Below are positions 1 through 11,300 of a stretch of 64,000 nucleotides of DNA, piece after piece. Source of the stretch: an uncultured virus (IMG/VR IMGVR_UViG_3300022822_000010) (Duplodnaviria; Heunggongvirae; Uroviricota; Caudoviricetes); IMG/VR virus record IMGVR_UViG_3300022822_000010; one strand, 5' to 3'. The translations under genes and the position numbers were made by a program. Position 1 is the first letter of the stretch. Each line of letters begins with the position of its first letter. The notes below the pieces were generated by a model. It worked only from the letters and a program-made list of their open reading frames with translations, made no database searches and was not told the origin of the DNA.

Positions 1-209
1 AGTGCTATGTCTCGTATTTGAACAGACGACAAAGGTATGATAACGGGATCGGGAATTTTAACAAAAGTGTATACGCCATCAACCCACTCACCAGCGTAAC
101 CTTCTGGCCTTGGCCTAAACCAGTTAACAACTTTAGAATCTGAGTCAATAACATTATTAGCGTTAGACTCTATTTCTTGACGTAATGTTTTTAAATTTAA
201 ATATCTCAT
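1..209 (-). CDS. Probable tail-fibre assembly chaperone-like protein (truncated by window edge)
   Basis: ATG at 209 overlaps the TGA of the upstream ORF (ATGA); reads MRYLNLKTLRQEIESNANN... open to the window edge; follows an adhesin-like ORF as in neighbouring pairs. Confidence 0.5.
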   Translation of the reverse strand, partial: MRYLNLKTLRQEIESNANNVIDSDSKVVNWFRPRPEGYAGEWVDGVYTFVKIPDPVIIPLSSVQIRDIA

Positions 210-784
210 TTCCATTTACCTAAAAGCTTTACAGAAAGTTTACAAGAGATTGTAGTTGTGCCGCCAAGCGCCCCAAAAAATACAAACTCTCCTGCGCTTA
301 GTCCCAGATTTCTTCTAGTATTACCGCCCCACAAATTATATCTGTCGGTTTCTTCAATAATTGAAGATTGAACATTAGGCACATTCCCAAAAAAACTAAC
401 AGGAAAATTTAAGGATTGATGACCGCTTCTAGAAAGACCCGACACCCCAGTTGCGCTTGTAAACGCGACCGAATTAACTTTTAATATTGAGCATTCTAGG
501 CTCCCATTAGCATACTTTATATAATTACCATTGTCCGTACTACCCACCACACTCCCATCTGGGTATATTTTAGCAGTAGGATTAGCGCCTATTGCATCAG
601 GATCAGTATAACTTACGCCTGCCCAATCCTGACCTGCTGTAATTACGGTAGGAGTTGCGGTAATTTTATTGGGTATTGCCGCCTTTTCCGTGTCAGTGAA
701 TTCGTTAAGATGGTCTAAGGCCTGATTGCCTACGTCGCCATCGCTATTTAACAATCCAGCTAATTCTGTTTGTTTACTCATCAC
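206..784 (-). CDS. Small tail-fibre/adhesin-like protein
   Basis: NGNYIKYANGSLEC...LNFPVSF...GKWK C-terminal pattern typical of phage fibre-tip domains; late tail context. Confidence 0.6.
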   Translation of the reverse strand: MMSKQTELAGLLNSDGDVGNQALDHLNEFTDTEKAAIPNKITATPTVITAGQDWAGVSYTDPDAIGANPTAKIYPDGSVVGSTDNGNYIKYANGSLECSILKVNSVAFTSATGVSGLSRSGHQSLNFPVSFFGNVPNVQSSIIEETDRYNLWGGNTRRNLGLSAGEFVFFGALGGTTTISCKLSVKLLGKWK

Positions 785-791
785 TCATTCC

Positions 792-1190
792 TTAATTTAA
801 AAGACTTTGTCTGAAAGTATACCATACTTCGCAAAACTCTTCTATATTAGAAGGCGTTAAGGCTAGAGAGTTACCGTTTTCAAAGTTAAAAGATGTGTTA
901 TTACCGGAGTTCACCCATCGTTCAGCGGCTAAGATACCGTCTGCGTCTCGCTTAGTTGCTGAGCATAATACGTTATCAAACATTACGCCGTTTATTTTAG
1001 ATGCTTCAGTTGTATTTAGCAGTACAATAGCTTTCTTTTGTTTAGCATTCTCGCTGATTACCGAACCCTTAAGCACCCATGTGTCACGATAGTCTTTAGA
1101 CTCAGGGCTTTTTGTAACTTCGATCCACGATTCGTCTAGTTGAATAGCGCAAATTAATACTTGATTGTTTTCTGTTTTAGCAAACATCAT
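792..1190 (-). CDS. Tail-fibre assembly chaperone-like protein (DUF4376-like)
   Basis: SKDYRDTW N-terminal motif; GVMFD...FENGNSLALT C-terminal pattern; paired with adhesin ORFs. Confidence 0.5.
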   Translation of the reverse strand: MMFAKTENNQVLICAIQLDESWIEVTKSPESKDYRDTWVLKGSVISENAKQKKAIVLLNTTEASKINGVMFDNVLCSATKRDADGILAAERWVNSGNNTSFNFENGNSLALTPSNIEEFCEVWYTFRQSLLN

Positions 1191-1391
1191 TCTTTACCTC
1201 CAAAAATTGTTACATCCACGCTCATACAGTTAGCACTAGACGCAGCAGAAGTGTAAGACCGTATTTCAATAGAATTTACGTCGGATTTGCCGAGTCGATC
1301 TTGACACAGCACCGATGGCATATGGACTTCCCACAAACCATTCTGATATACCCGTCTTACCGACATCGGCTAATTTTCTTGCCTTCGACAT
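1187..1391 (-). pseudogene. Internally deleted/frameshifted adhesin gene remnant
   Basis: ATG at 1391 gives MSKARKLADVGKTGISEWFVGSPYAIGAV... with a stop at 1266; a second frame gives ...SIEIRSYTSAASSANCMSVDVTIFGGKE* ending in an ATGA overlap with the next ORF; span is 205 nt, not a multiple of 3. Confidence 0.55.
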
Positions 1392-1511
1392 TAATATTCT
1401 ACCTAGTTGTATTATACATATATTTAGCCTTTAAAAACTATTGCCTTAGTTATTCTAAAAGATTTTGTTAGACGCGAATCAGTTTACAGTTAAGCGTTGT
1501 TCTTGCATAGA

Positions 1512-2039
1512 TTAGCCTATCTTTTGAATGTAAAGCTGTGTGTAAACTTCACCGTTACCGCTTGCAGTATTTGCGGTTGCTTTACCTAAACCGTCGGTAG
1601 ACGAAGCCTTTTCTGTGTAATGCCTAATTTCAAAAACTGCATTTTCATCTAGATCAAGAACCCCTATAAAAAGCGATCTTGTAGACACATTAGTTGCATC
1701 ATCGTTAAACTCAGAATTTCCTTTTAAAGCAATGGAGGCGGAAGTTACGTTATATACAAAGGCATTGTGGTTATCTGATTTGCAAGCAGGGCAGCTACCA
1801 GACACTAAAAATTTTCCTGCTGGTAATGTAATTCGATTGCTGCTAAGACTTGCTCCAGTAATTGAATTATGTATTACTGAATTTAAATCTCTTGTCTGTA
1901 TTCCGGCAATAGAACCTCCTCCAGTAGTACCTGAATTTTTAACGTCTTCAACGAGCATAATTTTATTGTCAACAGCTTGCAACGCCTGCAACGCTGCTAC
2001 CGCATCACCGTTTAACGCGCCTGTGATTAGTGTAGCCAT
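1512..2039 (-). CDS. Small tail-fibre/adhesin-like protein
   Basis: QTRDLNSV...ITLPAGKFLV...FEIRHY...GEVYTQLYIQKI beta-rich tip-like domain; tail context. Confidence 0.55.
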   Translation of the reverse strand: MATLITGALNGDAVAALQALQAVDNKIMLVEDVKNSGTTGGGSIAGIQTRDLNSVIHNSITGASLSSNRITLPAGKFLVSGSCPACKSDNHNAFVYNVTSASIALKGNSEFNDDATNVSTRSLFIGVLDLDENAVFEIRHYTEKASSTDGLGKATANTASGNGEVYTQLYIQKIG

Positions 2040-2342
2040 TTAAACCTCTTTAATATCTGTACGTGCTTTAGCTCTCGCGTCTAAAACATCTTGAGGAACA
2101 TCTTCACCTGACTCTGAACGCCGAGTAACATACCAATCAGTGCGGTTAAGATAAGATAAAGATTCCTCGTTTAAACGTCTTTGTGCTCGATCCGCAACTT
2201 CTTTAGCGGTAGGCACTGGGTCTGAGAACAGCCCGTCTTTTTCTATCTGACCGCAAATTGGATTTTGATCTGTCTCAACAAAACCTTCTTGATTGTTAGG
2301 TTGAGTCTGTACTACTACGTTATCTACTATTAATACAAACAT
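2040..2342 (-). CDS. Tail-fibre assembly chaperone-like protein
   Basis: YLNRTDWYVTRRSESGEDVP...RAKAR motif typical of fibre chaperones. Confidence 0.6.
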   Translation of the reverse strand: MFVLIVDNVVVQTQPNNQEGFVETDQNPICGQIEKDGLFSDPVPTAKEVADRAQRRLNEESLSYLNRTDWYVTRRSESGEDVPQDVLDARAKARTDIKEV

Positions 2343-2346
2343 ATTA

Positions 2347-2628
2347 TTATCCTAGCTTCTTGCGTAGCTCAGAGATTTTATCTTCTGTCTCGCTAATAAA
2401 TGTAGTGTCACCAGAGAGTAAGGCTTCTCGTAAACGTCGAGGTGTTATTGTCTGTTCTAGCTTTAAAATGTTGGAGTAGATAACGTCAATAGGATTAGGC
2501 GTATTCTTAATTGCTTTTGCGTGCCTTCTTTCTCCTTCTGCATTACTAAGTTTAGTTAAGTCAGTATGATTTGCGACTATTGGGTCTACAAATAGCTCGC
2601 CTTCTTTGTTTTCGTAGTAATTGTTCAT
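2347..2628 (-). CDS. Tail-fibre assembly chaperone-like protein
   Basis: LEQTITPRRLREA...ISELRKKL motif; likely start ATG at 2628. Confidence 0.55.
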   Translation of the reverse strand: MNNYYENKEGELFVDPIVANHTDLTKLSNAEGERRHAKAIKNTPNPIDVIYSNILKLEQTITPRRLREALLSGDTTFISETEDKISELRKKLG

Positions 2629-3230
2629 TATCTCAGCTCCGACCATTCGTTTACAGTTCCACCCGCTGCTTTATATACAGACTCATTACCAACTAAACCC
2701 CCGCAAAAATGATACCGACTATCATTGCCTCCTTTTGTTAAAGGTATCAAATCAACAGTAAAAAACATTACATTGTTAGCAAGCTGTACTATAGAAACCG
2801 ATATAGTCCTGCCGGTCGCATTAGTATAATTAGTGTTTATCGAACGAACTGAAGACATATCTACCCAGCCTTGGCCTAAGCCCAGCTCGGCTTTACCGGC
2901 CCTAGCAACTAAAGTTATAGTGGCGCTAACAGTTTCATTAACTAAAGATTTAGTAGTCGTACCGCCTGCATGGGCTTGGTTGACAATAATATTATTAATG
3001 TCGGATATTACTTCAACAGTAAAATCTTTGTTGTTGTTAGAAGTACCAGTGACTGTTATCACATCGCCTACTGCGAGGCCAAAATTACCGATGTTGGGTA
3101 GCCTTATAGTGTTGCTTGAATTAAAAAAGCTAGTGGAGCCGCTAACAGATAAAGAACCTGTCAACTCATCAGCGCTAATTGTTTTATCACCCGCATCGTT
3201 TTCTATACCTGCCTTAACTAAACCGCTCAT
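2628..3230 (-). CDS. Small tail-fibre/adhesin-like protein
   Basis: LGLGQGWVDM...RSINTNYTNATGRTISV...WSELR fibre-tip pattern. Confidence 0.65.
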   Translation of the reverse strand: MSGLVKAGIENDAGDKTISADELTGSLSVSGSTSFFNSSNTIRLPNIGNFGLAVGDVITVTGTSNNNKDFTVEVISDINNIIVNQAHAGGTTTKSLVNETVSATITLVARAGKAELGLGQGWVDMSSVRSINTNYTNATGRTISVSIVQLANNVMFFTVDLIPLTKGGNDSRYHFCGGLVGNESVYKAAGGTVNEWSELR

Positions 3231-3544
3231 GCTTCGTAACTCCTTACATATTCTCTAGCAACACTACGCAAGTATTTTAACTCGTTAGCTTCTTCCTTGC
3301 TGAGTGTTGCGTAGTAATCTACTGTCATTTTAAAGTCGGTATCTGCTAAGGTTTGTTTGTGTTCTTGTACTTTGGCATCGATAGCAACTTGCGGGTTAGC
3401 GTTCCACTGTAAACCGTCCCAAGTATCTAAGCCGTGACTAGGTGCTGTATGAACTTCTACACATTCGACATCAGGCTCGCAACCTTCAAATCCTCCAAGG
3501 TACAGACCGTTTACATCAACGTAATACTTTGTAATATTCATCAC
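3227..3544 (-). CDS. Tail-fibre assembly chaperone-like protein
   Basis: YYVDVNGLYLGGF...APSHG..WDG..W and LADTDF...LRSVAR motifs. Confidence 0.6.
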   Translation of the reverse strand: MMNITKYYVDVNGLYLGGFEGCEPDVECVEVHTAPSHGLDTWDGLQWNANPQVAIDAKVQEHKQTLADTDFKMTVDYYATLSKEEANELKYLRSVAREYVRSYEA

Positions 3545-4002
3545 GCATACGCCTTTACAATTAGATTAATGTTTGAGTTGGTTATAGCGGCAGCGCCGCC
3601 TGTGCTTTTAATGCCCGATGAAAAACATGAACCTTCATTACTATATTTAAAATAAACATTTGTAGAGTCAAAGTATGATGTGTTCCACCTTAAAGAAGAG
3701 CTTGCTGTGGTTATAAGACTAGCTTGGATTACATCTCCGATTGAAAAACCATCTTCAGCTCCAACAAACACTAAATGAAACTCAACAAACTTAGGCGCAA
3801 CTCCAAGACCATGACTTAAAGTCAAAAGACCCGCACTTGTTACTGTTTGTGGAGTGCTTTCATATTCTTTAGTAATTACCGGAAAGTCTAACTCACCGTC
3901 TTTATCTGGCAACGTAATTCTTCTGTCTGTGTTCGTGTTTGGAGCTAAAAGCAAAACTTTACCTGTCCCGCTATCACCCCCTTTTAGTGCTACTTTACTC
4001 AT
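3541..4002 (-). CDS. Small tail-fibre/adhesin-like protein
   Basis: N-terminal GDSGTGKVLLLAPNTNTDRRITLPD adaptor motif; LSHGLGVAPK...VKAYA tip pattern. Confidence 0.6.
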   Translation of the reverse strand: MSKVALKGGDSGTGKVLLLAPNTNTDRRITLPDKDGELDFPVITKEYESTPQTVTSAGLLTLSHGLGVAPKFVEFHLVFVGAEDGFSIGDVIQASLITTASSSLRWNTSYFDSTNVYFKYSNEGSCFSSGIKSTGGAAAITNSNINLIVKAYA

Positions 4003-4619
4003 TAGCTAATCACCCATGTTGAACCATCTGGTACGGTAACAGTAACTCCGTCTTCAATAGTAATAGTTCCTACAGAATGAGAATTCTTATCTGCCGGAAT
4101 TGTAAAATCTTGTGTTACGGTTTTGCTGTTTAATACAAAAACTTCATCTGCGCCACCACCAGTAGCCCCGCCGCCTAATTGACCCCAACTAGAGACAGAG
4201 TATCCCTCATATCTATTTATCTCAGTATTGTACCGTATAAAACCGTTCAAAGGAGAAGATGGTCGTTCGCTTTCGCTGCCCTGAGGTAGTTGAAAGTGAC
4301 TCGAAGAATTGTTACTAATATTACCTGTTATGATATCGCCGCCCTTTTTTAGAGCATCGGTTAATTCGAACCCGCTTTGGCTCATGACGACGATCTGATC
4401 GCCTAATCCAGCACCGCTAGTTAGAGTGATATTAATACCGTCGGGTGCGCTGTAGTCTGTACCAGAAACGAGACGAACCCCGTTTCTAAAAACTTCGGTA
4501 TAACCTACTATGTAGATATTTCCACCAAAAACTGTTTGGTTCAACGTCGCGACATGTATTTTCTTTTGCTGAGTGGATTGAGCAACAATTCCACCATAGC
4601 TGCCGATATATCCCGCCAT
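4002..4619 (-). CDS. Tail-fibre adaptor/branching protein
   Basis: EVFRNGVRL...TDY...ITLTSGA repeat, LPQG..SERP...GFIRYN (T4 gp34 N-terminal-like) and TITIEDGVTVTVPDGSTWVI C-terminus. Confidence 0.6.
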   Translation of the reverse strand: MAGYIGSYGGIVAQSTQQKKIHVATLNQTVFGGNIYIVGYTEVFRNGVRLVSGTDYSAPDGINITLTSGAGLGDQIVVMSQSGFELTDALKKGGDIITGNISNNSSSHFQLPQGSESERPSSPLNGFIRYNTEINRYEGYSVSSWGQLGGGATGGGADEVFVLNSKTVTQDFTIPADKNSHSVGTITIEDGVTVTVPDGSTWVIS

Positions 4620-4620
4620 C

Positions 4621-4926
4621 TTAGCTTTGCTCCAGTAAACTTATAATAACATCAACCGACGATTCTGTTGTGGAAGAAACCGTAATAACTTCTCCAGCAG
4701 TCGCAATTATCTTACCATCAAGTACGCTAAGAGAAGCGCCTGCCGGAATGGGTACGTTAGTTATAATGCTAGTGCTCTCTAAAGTGGCGGTTACATTAAC
4801 GCCTTGATTTGTGGTATTAGATAATGTTAGTCCAATAATCACTCCAGTGGTATTATTTGGTACGGTGTAAATCGCGACTCCAGCGATCGACGATACCCCC
4901 TTTGCGTTTGTGAATACATTTGCCAT
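4621..4926 (-). CDS. Small virion structural protein
   Basis: IYTVP...IIGLTLSN...IPAGASL...GKII...S.LE pattern of a common phage tail-associated family. Confidence 0.55.
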   Translation of the reverse strand: MANVFTNAKGVSSIAGVAIYTVPNNTTGVIIGLTLSNTTNQGVNVTATLESTSIITNVPIPAGASLSVLDGKIIATAGEVITVSSTTESSVDVIISLLEQS

Positions 4927-4938
4927 TTTCGTTTCCTA

Positions 4939-5169
4939 TTATCCTAGCGCTATTGCTAAAGCCGTAGCATCGCCGACAGCTATATCTACGATTGGTTGAA
5001 AGTCTATATTTATTTCGCCACCGTCTCTGGTAACCAACTCTATTTCTCTACTCGTGAGATTAGGCGAACCACTAACGATAAGCTCATCGTTGAGACCAGA
5101 CATGTTAGCATCTAGTTCAACCGATGTTAAGGGAAAACCCTTTGTTGTTCTTAATACTATTGTGGCCAT
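4939..5169 (-). CDS. Small tail-associated protein
   Basis: IVLRTTKGFPLTSVELDANM motif; ALAIALG C-terminus. Confidence 0.5.
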   Translation of the reverse strand: MATIVLRTTKGFPLTSVELDANMSGLNDELIVSGSPNLTSREIELVTRDGGEINIDFQPIVDIAVGDATALAIALG

Positions 5170-5170
5170 A

Positions 5171-5380
5171 TCATTTATTACCTAAAAGTTGTTTTAACAT
5201 ATTTTTTATTTCCGATACATCTTTTTTGAGGTTATCTAGTTCCTCTTTTTCGGCTTTCATTCTCTTATGATTTTCAATAGCCGACTTATGGCCTTCGTTA
5301 TCTTTATTTATAATAGCATTAGATACAGGATCTCTTGCGAGACCCCGATATCCTTCAACTGGTATTAAGTCATTATTCAT
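5171..5380 (-). CDS. Conserved T4-like coiled-coil protein downstream of the VrlC-like gene
   Basis: VEGYRGLARDPVSNAIIN...LKKDVSEIKNMLKQL; late promoter directly upstream. Confidence 0.6.
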   Translation of the reverse strand: MNNDLIPVEGYRGLARDPVSNAIINKDNEGHKSAIENHKRMKAEKEELDNLKKDVSEIKNMLKQLLGNK

Positions 5381-5385
5381 AATAG

Positions 5386-5393
5386 TATTTATA
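5386..5393 (-). promoter_or_regulatory. T4-type late promoter TATAAATA
   Basis: Exact TATTTATA on the + strand just upstream of ORF 5380. Confidence 0.7.
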
Positions 5394-8300
5394 CCGCTAA
5401 AGCAATGGCTCTCAAGTCTTTAATTAACGGGACCTCAGAACTATTCGTACCATTCATTTTAATCTTAATAGCAAATGCTATAAACTCAGGTATGTCATTT
5501 TCAGTGTATTTGTATTCTAAGTATGAAACTCTATCGGCTACAACCGAAACCGCGTCATCTGCTGCTCCATTAGTATTAAAGTAGCTCCAACCAATCTCAT
5601 CAAAGTCTGTAGAATCATCTGAACGAAGAACTTTATACATAACTTGTAAATCAGCAGAAGCATTTCTAACAGAGTCGAAGTATACTCTTATTGCTGTTGC
5701 GGAATTCTCAAGTTGTACCCGCTTAGTGATATACACCGCTTCACCAGAATCGCCATCAGGCGCTGTAGGCGAAACATATGAGCTAGCTGGATAAACATCT
5801 GATGCGCTTCTGATATTATCTATACGGTTGCTATGCATAGTGATAGACTTTCTATCAAGGTCAACTACCGGAGAAACATTATCTTTCAACGATTCCATAA
5901 TAACCCTAACAGTACAAGACTTTGTAGAACTAATATTAGCGGCTTCGTTAGCTTCGCTTGCTATCATTACAGGACTTTCAGAAACTATCCGCTCAGTGAC
6001 AACTGCGTCAAACTCTTCTTCTATAGAGAATGATGCTTGCGTTCCAGAAGCAGAACTTCCGGTGACAAACTTAGTCTTAATTTGCGTAGAAGTATCAGGC
6101 AACTCTAACACAGGCAACATAACTTGATAAGAATCAGCAACTGCGTTATTAGAAGCGCTTGCTATAGACCCACCAACAACCGCGTCAAGCGTAGCGTTTG
6201 TAGAAGTTGATATAGTATAATAATCAAGATTCTGATTAGAAACTAACAGCGAAACATCATTAATCTCGTTTAGAGGTACGCCATTCAACTCGTAAAACTC
6301 AACAACTTCGCCAATATAGTGCGTTCCTTGATCGCCTGATACCGCTCGGGTGATATTAGACAATACCAGATTTCCGCTAGACAACGCAAGGTCGGCAGTT
6401 ATAACTTCGGGCACATTCTCTATTGAATTAGAGGTATATATCTTGAAGGTATGGTTTCCTGTATTTGGAAACTCTGCCGGAAATGATGCTAAAGTGAGCG
6501 TTGTAGCCACATCACTAAACTCTGCTGTCAATAAAGTTGTTGGTATGTCGTTTCTTATATTCGCTAATCTAGCATAGTTATTACTTCCGTACATTCCGTG
6601 ATCGCTATGCGAAACCTTGATGATATTAGACCCTGCCGTCATTTCCAGTGGATTAATATCTAATGAATCAAACGGAATATTGACGTTATTTAAAGTCACG
6701 ACTCCAGCAGAAGCTATATCAAATTTAGCTCGGTAGCAAGTGAATTTCAAATCTTCAAGGTCATAAGGAGTCCATGTAGATTGGTTTTGCGACTTAAATA
6801 GCACACCGAGGTAAGGTTGCTCAGAAACCGCAATATCAGTAGCCGCATCACTTTCGCCTAATCTAGAAATCCAAACTAGATACTTTTGCGAGTTAGTCGT
6901 AAGAACAACCGCAATCTCTACATTTTCTTTTACGTAGATTGGGTTCTCGAACTCAAACGTAGTAGCAACTGATCCATCAAAAGAAACATTGACCTCTTCT
7001 GGATTAAGCGTAACTGAAGCACCAGGAATTACCGTAGTAGTCGGTGTACCATTCTCCATAATTCTTAGGGCTAAGTTCACCGGAATGACGCCATCCTTTT
7101 GAGAGAAGAATATATCAAACTTAGTGATGAACTCACCGCCTTCTGTAGCCGGTAATATAGATTGAGCTAATGGGTCCCACCAACCAGTTTCCACTAGTTG
7201 AGAATTTCTAACCCTCGTTACACTAGTCGTTATGTTAACATTCTGCCTAACCACTCTTGCGTTACGAATAGCAACTATACTTTTTTGGCGACTCTGTAGG
7301 ACGCCTTTAGAAGTAAACTCTGCGATAGCGAAAGATTCTGTGTCGGTAGATGTTTGAGCAGATGTGCTCAATCTAAGCTCACGAGAACCAGTTTGAAACT
7401 TAGGATTACCGGAAACATTAGGATTAGGAATCTTAAATACACCCGCAACTCTTCCTGCTGCGTCTGATACTAAAACCCCTGCCTGAACATCTTCGGTCTT
7501 AGTGAACCTAACATTTCCTGATGTTGATGGTACACTAAAATCACCGCCGGTTATTCTAGCAACAATCTCATGCTGGAATATACCAAACGAAGTTCTTGTA
7601 GCCTGTAACGGCGATTCACCCGACCCGCTTCTATCTGAGTTATGGTTTTGTATTAACGCAACATCGCTGTTGATATCAACTGTTCCGAAAGAGTTGTATG
7701 CTGTAGCGATATTAGACGACGATATAACTTCTGCGTTGTCGATGTTGGATATAACATCACCCGATTGATCATATAATACAACTTCTATTATTTGAATTTG
7801 ATGGTTATCCATCTTACTTCCATCAATGGGTTTTATTCTCAATCTAAAGTAAAGCTCCCCTTTATCATTAGGCGATAATGCGGTGTCGGCTGGTAATAAT
7901 GTATTATTACCTTGATCGAATGTCATGACATCTTGTCTAGTAGATCTTACGTTAGGAGTATTTTGCTCTCCGCGTATTTTCCAGTACTCTAATGGGTTAT
8001 TGATACCAAAAGCAGAATCAGTTTCTCTTGCCGTTTCGATTCTCATCGTTACCGCTGAGTTTCTATTATTATCGTAATACACCTCGACCTTAGAAATAGT
8101 TGACCAGTCAGCATACTGCGGCTTCATCAACGTTGAACCAGTTTTAGCCGTAAATGATCCCGATACTTGATCAATAAACCGAGAAACATCAATCTTATCG
8201 AAAAACGGATAAACTTGGGTCAAAGGTTTTAAGCCAGTTGCTTCGAAATATATTTCTCGTTCGCGCATAAATGGTATAATATTTCTGGCGACTATCTTAT

Positions 8301-11300
8301 TAGATAACGTTTTAAAATCTGTCTGCTCGACGATAGAAGTCTGTATTCCGTTTTGAGAACTAACACCAAGTTCATTGACAGTAACTCTTCTTAATACAGC
8401 TAAACCACGCACGCGTGATCTTTGACGAGATCTAAAAGTATTTCCGGTTTGGGTATCTAAAACTCCTGTCCATTGAGTTACCGGAGCATCCCAAACAGTA
8501 CCAACCGCGTTCCTGTTAGCCGCAACGACTGTATTGAAATTACCTTCTGCATTAGAACGTATAGCAGGCAGCATTTTAGTTTCGAACCACTCGTCTGCTT
8601 CAGGAATTAACTTCAATGAACCTTCCCAGAAAAAGCCTAAAACAGGGTTCAAGTTTTCTACGCGAGTACCATACTTCTGAGTTATAGACTCAAAATGGGT
8701 ATAAGGTAGCATAGCAAGTCCAGCTTTTACTACATATCCAGAAGATAATCGGTCGTCGTCTGTTAAAGCATTTTCTTCCAACTCGATATTCTTCATTATG
8801 TATTTTGGACGTAATGCTCTACTATTCATATCGATAGCGCAACGATAATCTTGGTTAACCGTATCACCTATCTTATGTCCACCAAAGTTATCGACTAAGA
8901 AACCTGCCTTAAATCTATCAAGACCATTAGCGTCTTTAATCTGAGCATTTTCGGCATTCTTTTCGAGTAACGATAGGGCAGTATAGTATTCAATATTATT
9001 GATACGATTTTCTAGTAGGTTAATATCCTTCATTGTGTAATGTTTGTTATTAAACTCTTGCACTTCAACGTCATTAATATCTAACACGTATGGCGACATT
9101 TTAATATCAGCAACGCGCATAGAGTTATCTAAATCGCTTGGAGTCTTAGGGTCTTCTGCGTTATACCCATCAACAATTCTAAATAGGCCCGTATCAGTCA
9201 AGAATATGCTACTATTACGACCAAGATAAAAATCAAAATTGTAAGAAAAGTTTGAGTTATCTTTTACTAGATCGACCTTTGAAGAACCGCTTCCTGAATA
9301 AAATCTACTCTCAAAGTCGAAAGAAGAAAGTGTAACATTCATTTCTCCGTTGGCTTCGATATTCACTCGGTTAGCTATTCTTGGTCTGAAGTCAACGCAA
9401 GATCGTAGATCATACTGACCTTTAGCATTACGGACTTCGGGGTCAATACGGGTAGCATTATATGTAGGCACATCTTTATAGTCAACCGTAGCGTATGAAT
9501 CAACGCTGAAGAAGTCGCCAGAACCGTGAGAAAAATAATCAAAGACTACTAAAAGATCGCCTGCTGGTTTAGAGCCTTTGTTCTTTAAATACAGACGAGC
9601 TATATCATAAAAGTTATCTCGTTGACCAGAGTCTAGCAAAAAGTTGTTTAATATATTAGCATCCGAGTTTGAGACAGAATCTACGATGGAAGTGGCGCCA
9701 GATGATTGGCCAACTAGCTGCTCCCCTATAGAAAATGGGATGCTATTAAAAGCGACGTATTGTATTGGATTTGTAGTAGTAACAGAAATACCGATAGCGC
9801 CAGAAGTCGTTCCTCGTATTTTCTCACCTTTAGTGTAAACGCCCACGACCGAAGATACAGCAAGGCTTTCACCAACTGCCGGAGTACCCACAACGCCAGA
9901 GTCATAAACAGCCAAAAGTTTTACCGCATCCGAAACTCCAAGCGATATTTCGGGATGATGAGCAGATGTACCATACACCGTAACTCCATCAGCAACCAAA
10001 TAATCTTTTTTGTTCAATACTCGAAGCTTTGCTGAACGGTTGATATTTTTAACTTTCGCGGAAACCAACGACTTTTTAATAGTGGCGGATATTTTTAGCT
10101 CTGCCCCGTTACCAAATAGAGCAGGAGAACTAAAGGTGAGAGTGTTAGTTCCGTCGCCTGTGATAGAAATTTTATTGGAATTGATGTTTACTATCGTACC
10201 GACAGATAATGGAGTATCCCCGCCAATTTGTACACCCGCAGTTATTACCGCAATGCTATAGTCTAAGTTAGACTCAGCATTAAAAGTTTGGTTTGCCCCA
10301 GTACTTAAGCTTGCTTGCCCGCTCGTATCTGAGTTAGCAATATATTGCTTACGTACTTCGATGCTAGTATTTGAGGTGTTGCCTATACTATCGACAAGCA
10401 ATGATCTAACGTTATCTTTAGCGAGCTTGCGAATTATAAGATTTTTTTCTTGGTCATTAATGAAAGCTCTTGCTCTTGTGACTCCAATAGACGAAACAGA
10501 GTTAGTGACCGAAGAAGATAATGTAGCAACGCTATCGCTTGATATTGAAGCTATGAATCGAGTTTCTAATACGCCTGCTGCTCCAGAGGGGATTAGAACC
10601 TCATCGCCAACAATTAGATCTGAGGTCAACGACGTATTGAAACCGCTCATGTTTGTTCCGGTAACAGACACCGATCCACTAACAGACTGGCGAATTTCCA
10701 TCAACAAGTCTGCGGTAAAATTTTGGTTGGCGTCGGCGTCGTCCATAAACAACTGTTTTACTTTATCAAAAGCGTTGATGACGGTAGACGATATTGTTAC
10801 AGCAGTACTACCGCCAATGTTAGTTACCCGTTTCCCAGACGCATATGATCCCGTAGAAATTAACTCTTCGCTATCGAAAAACTTTCCTGTGACCGAAGTT
10901 AAATATAAATCAGTGCCCGAAGATGAAGAGTTAACATATCCATATGCCCCAGAAGTTGATCCGGTTATTAAGGACCCTGAGACAATGTGATCAGTTTCCA
11001 CCGAAGCCGAAACGACTAGCTTAGTGAACATCTTGATATCGAACAAAAACATCCTGAATATACTTTCAGCGTCTAGCGAATCATCGAATGCTCCTTGGCT
11101 ACCAGAATCGAATTCTATTGCTCTAATTCTTGATACACCAATCTTTTCTCCTTCAGCAGAACCACCAGAAGAAGTGAATGAATCGAATAAACCGACTTCT
11201 TTGAAAGGTGTAACGCCCTGAGCAAAGTCACCGGATACATCAGGGAGATTGTATGAGTTTTTTACACGAACGAAGTTACCAACCTCAACCGAGGTCGAAG

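Noticed and set aside
206..4619. Diversity-generating retroelement or invertase shufflon acting on the adhesin cassettes
   Set aside because: No reverse transcriptase or recombinase, no template/variable repeat pair and no inverted crossover sites were seen in this window
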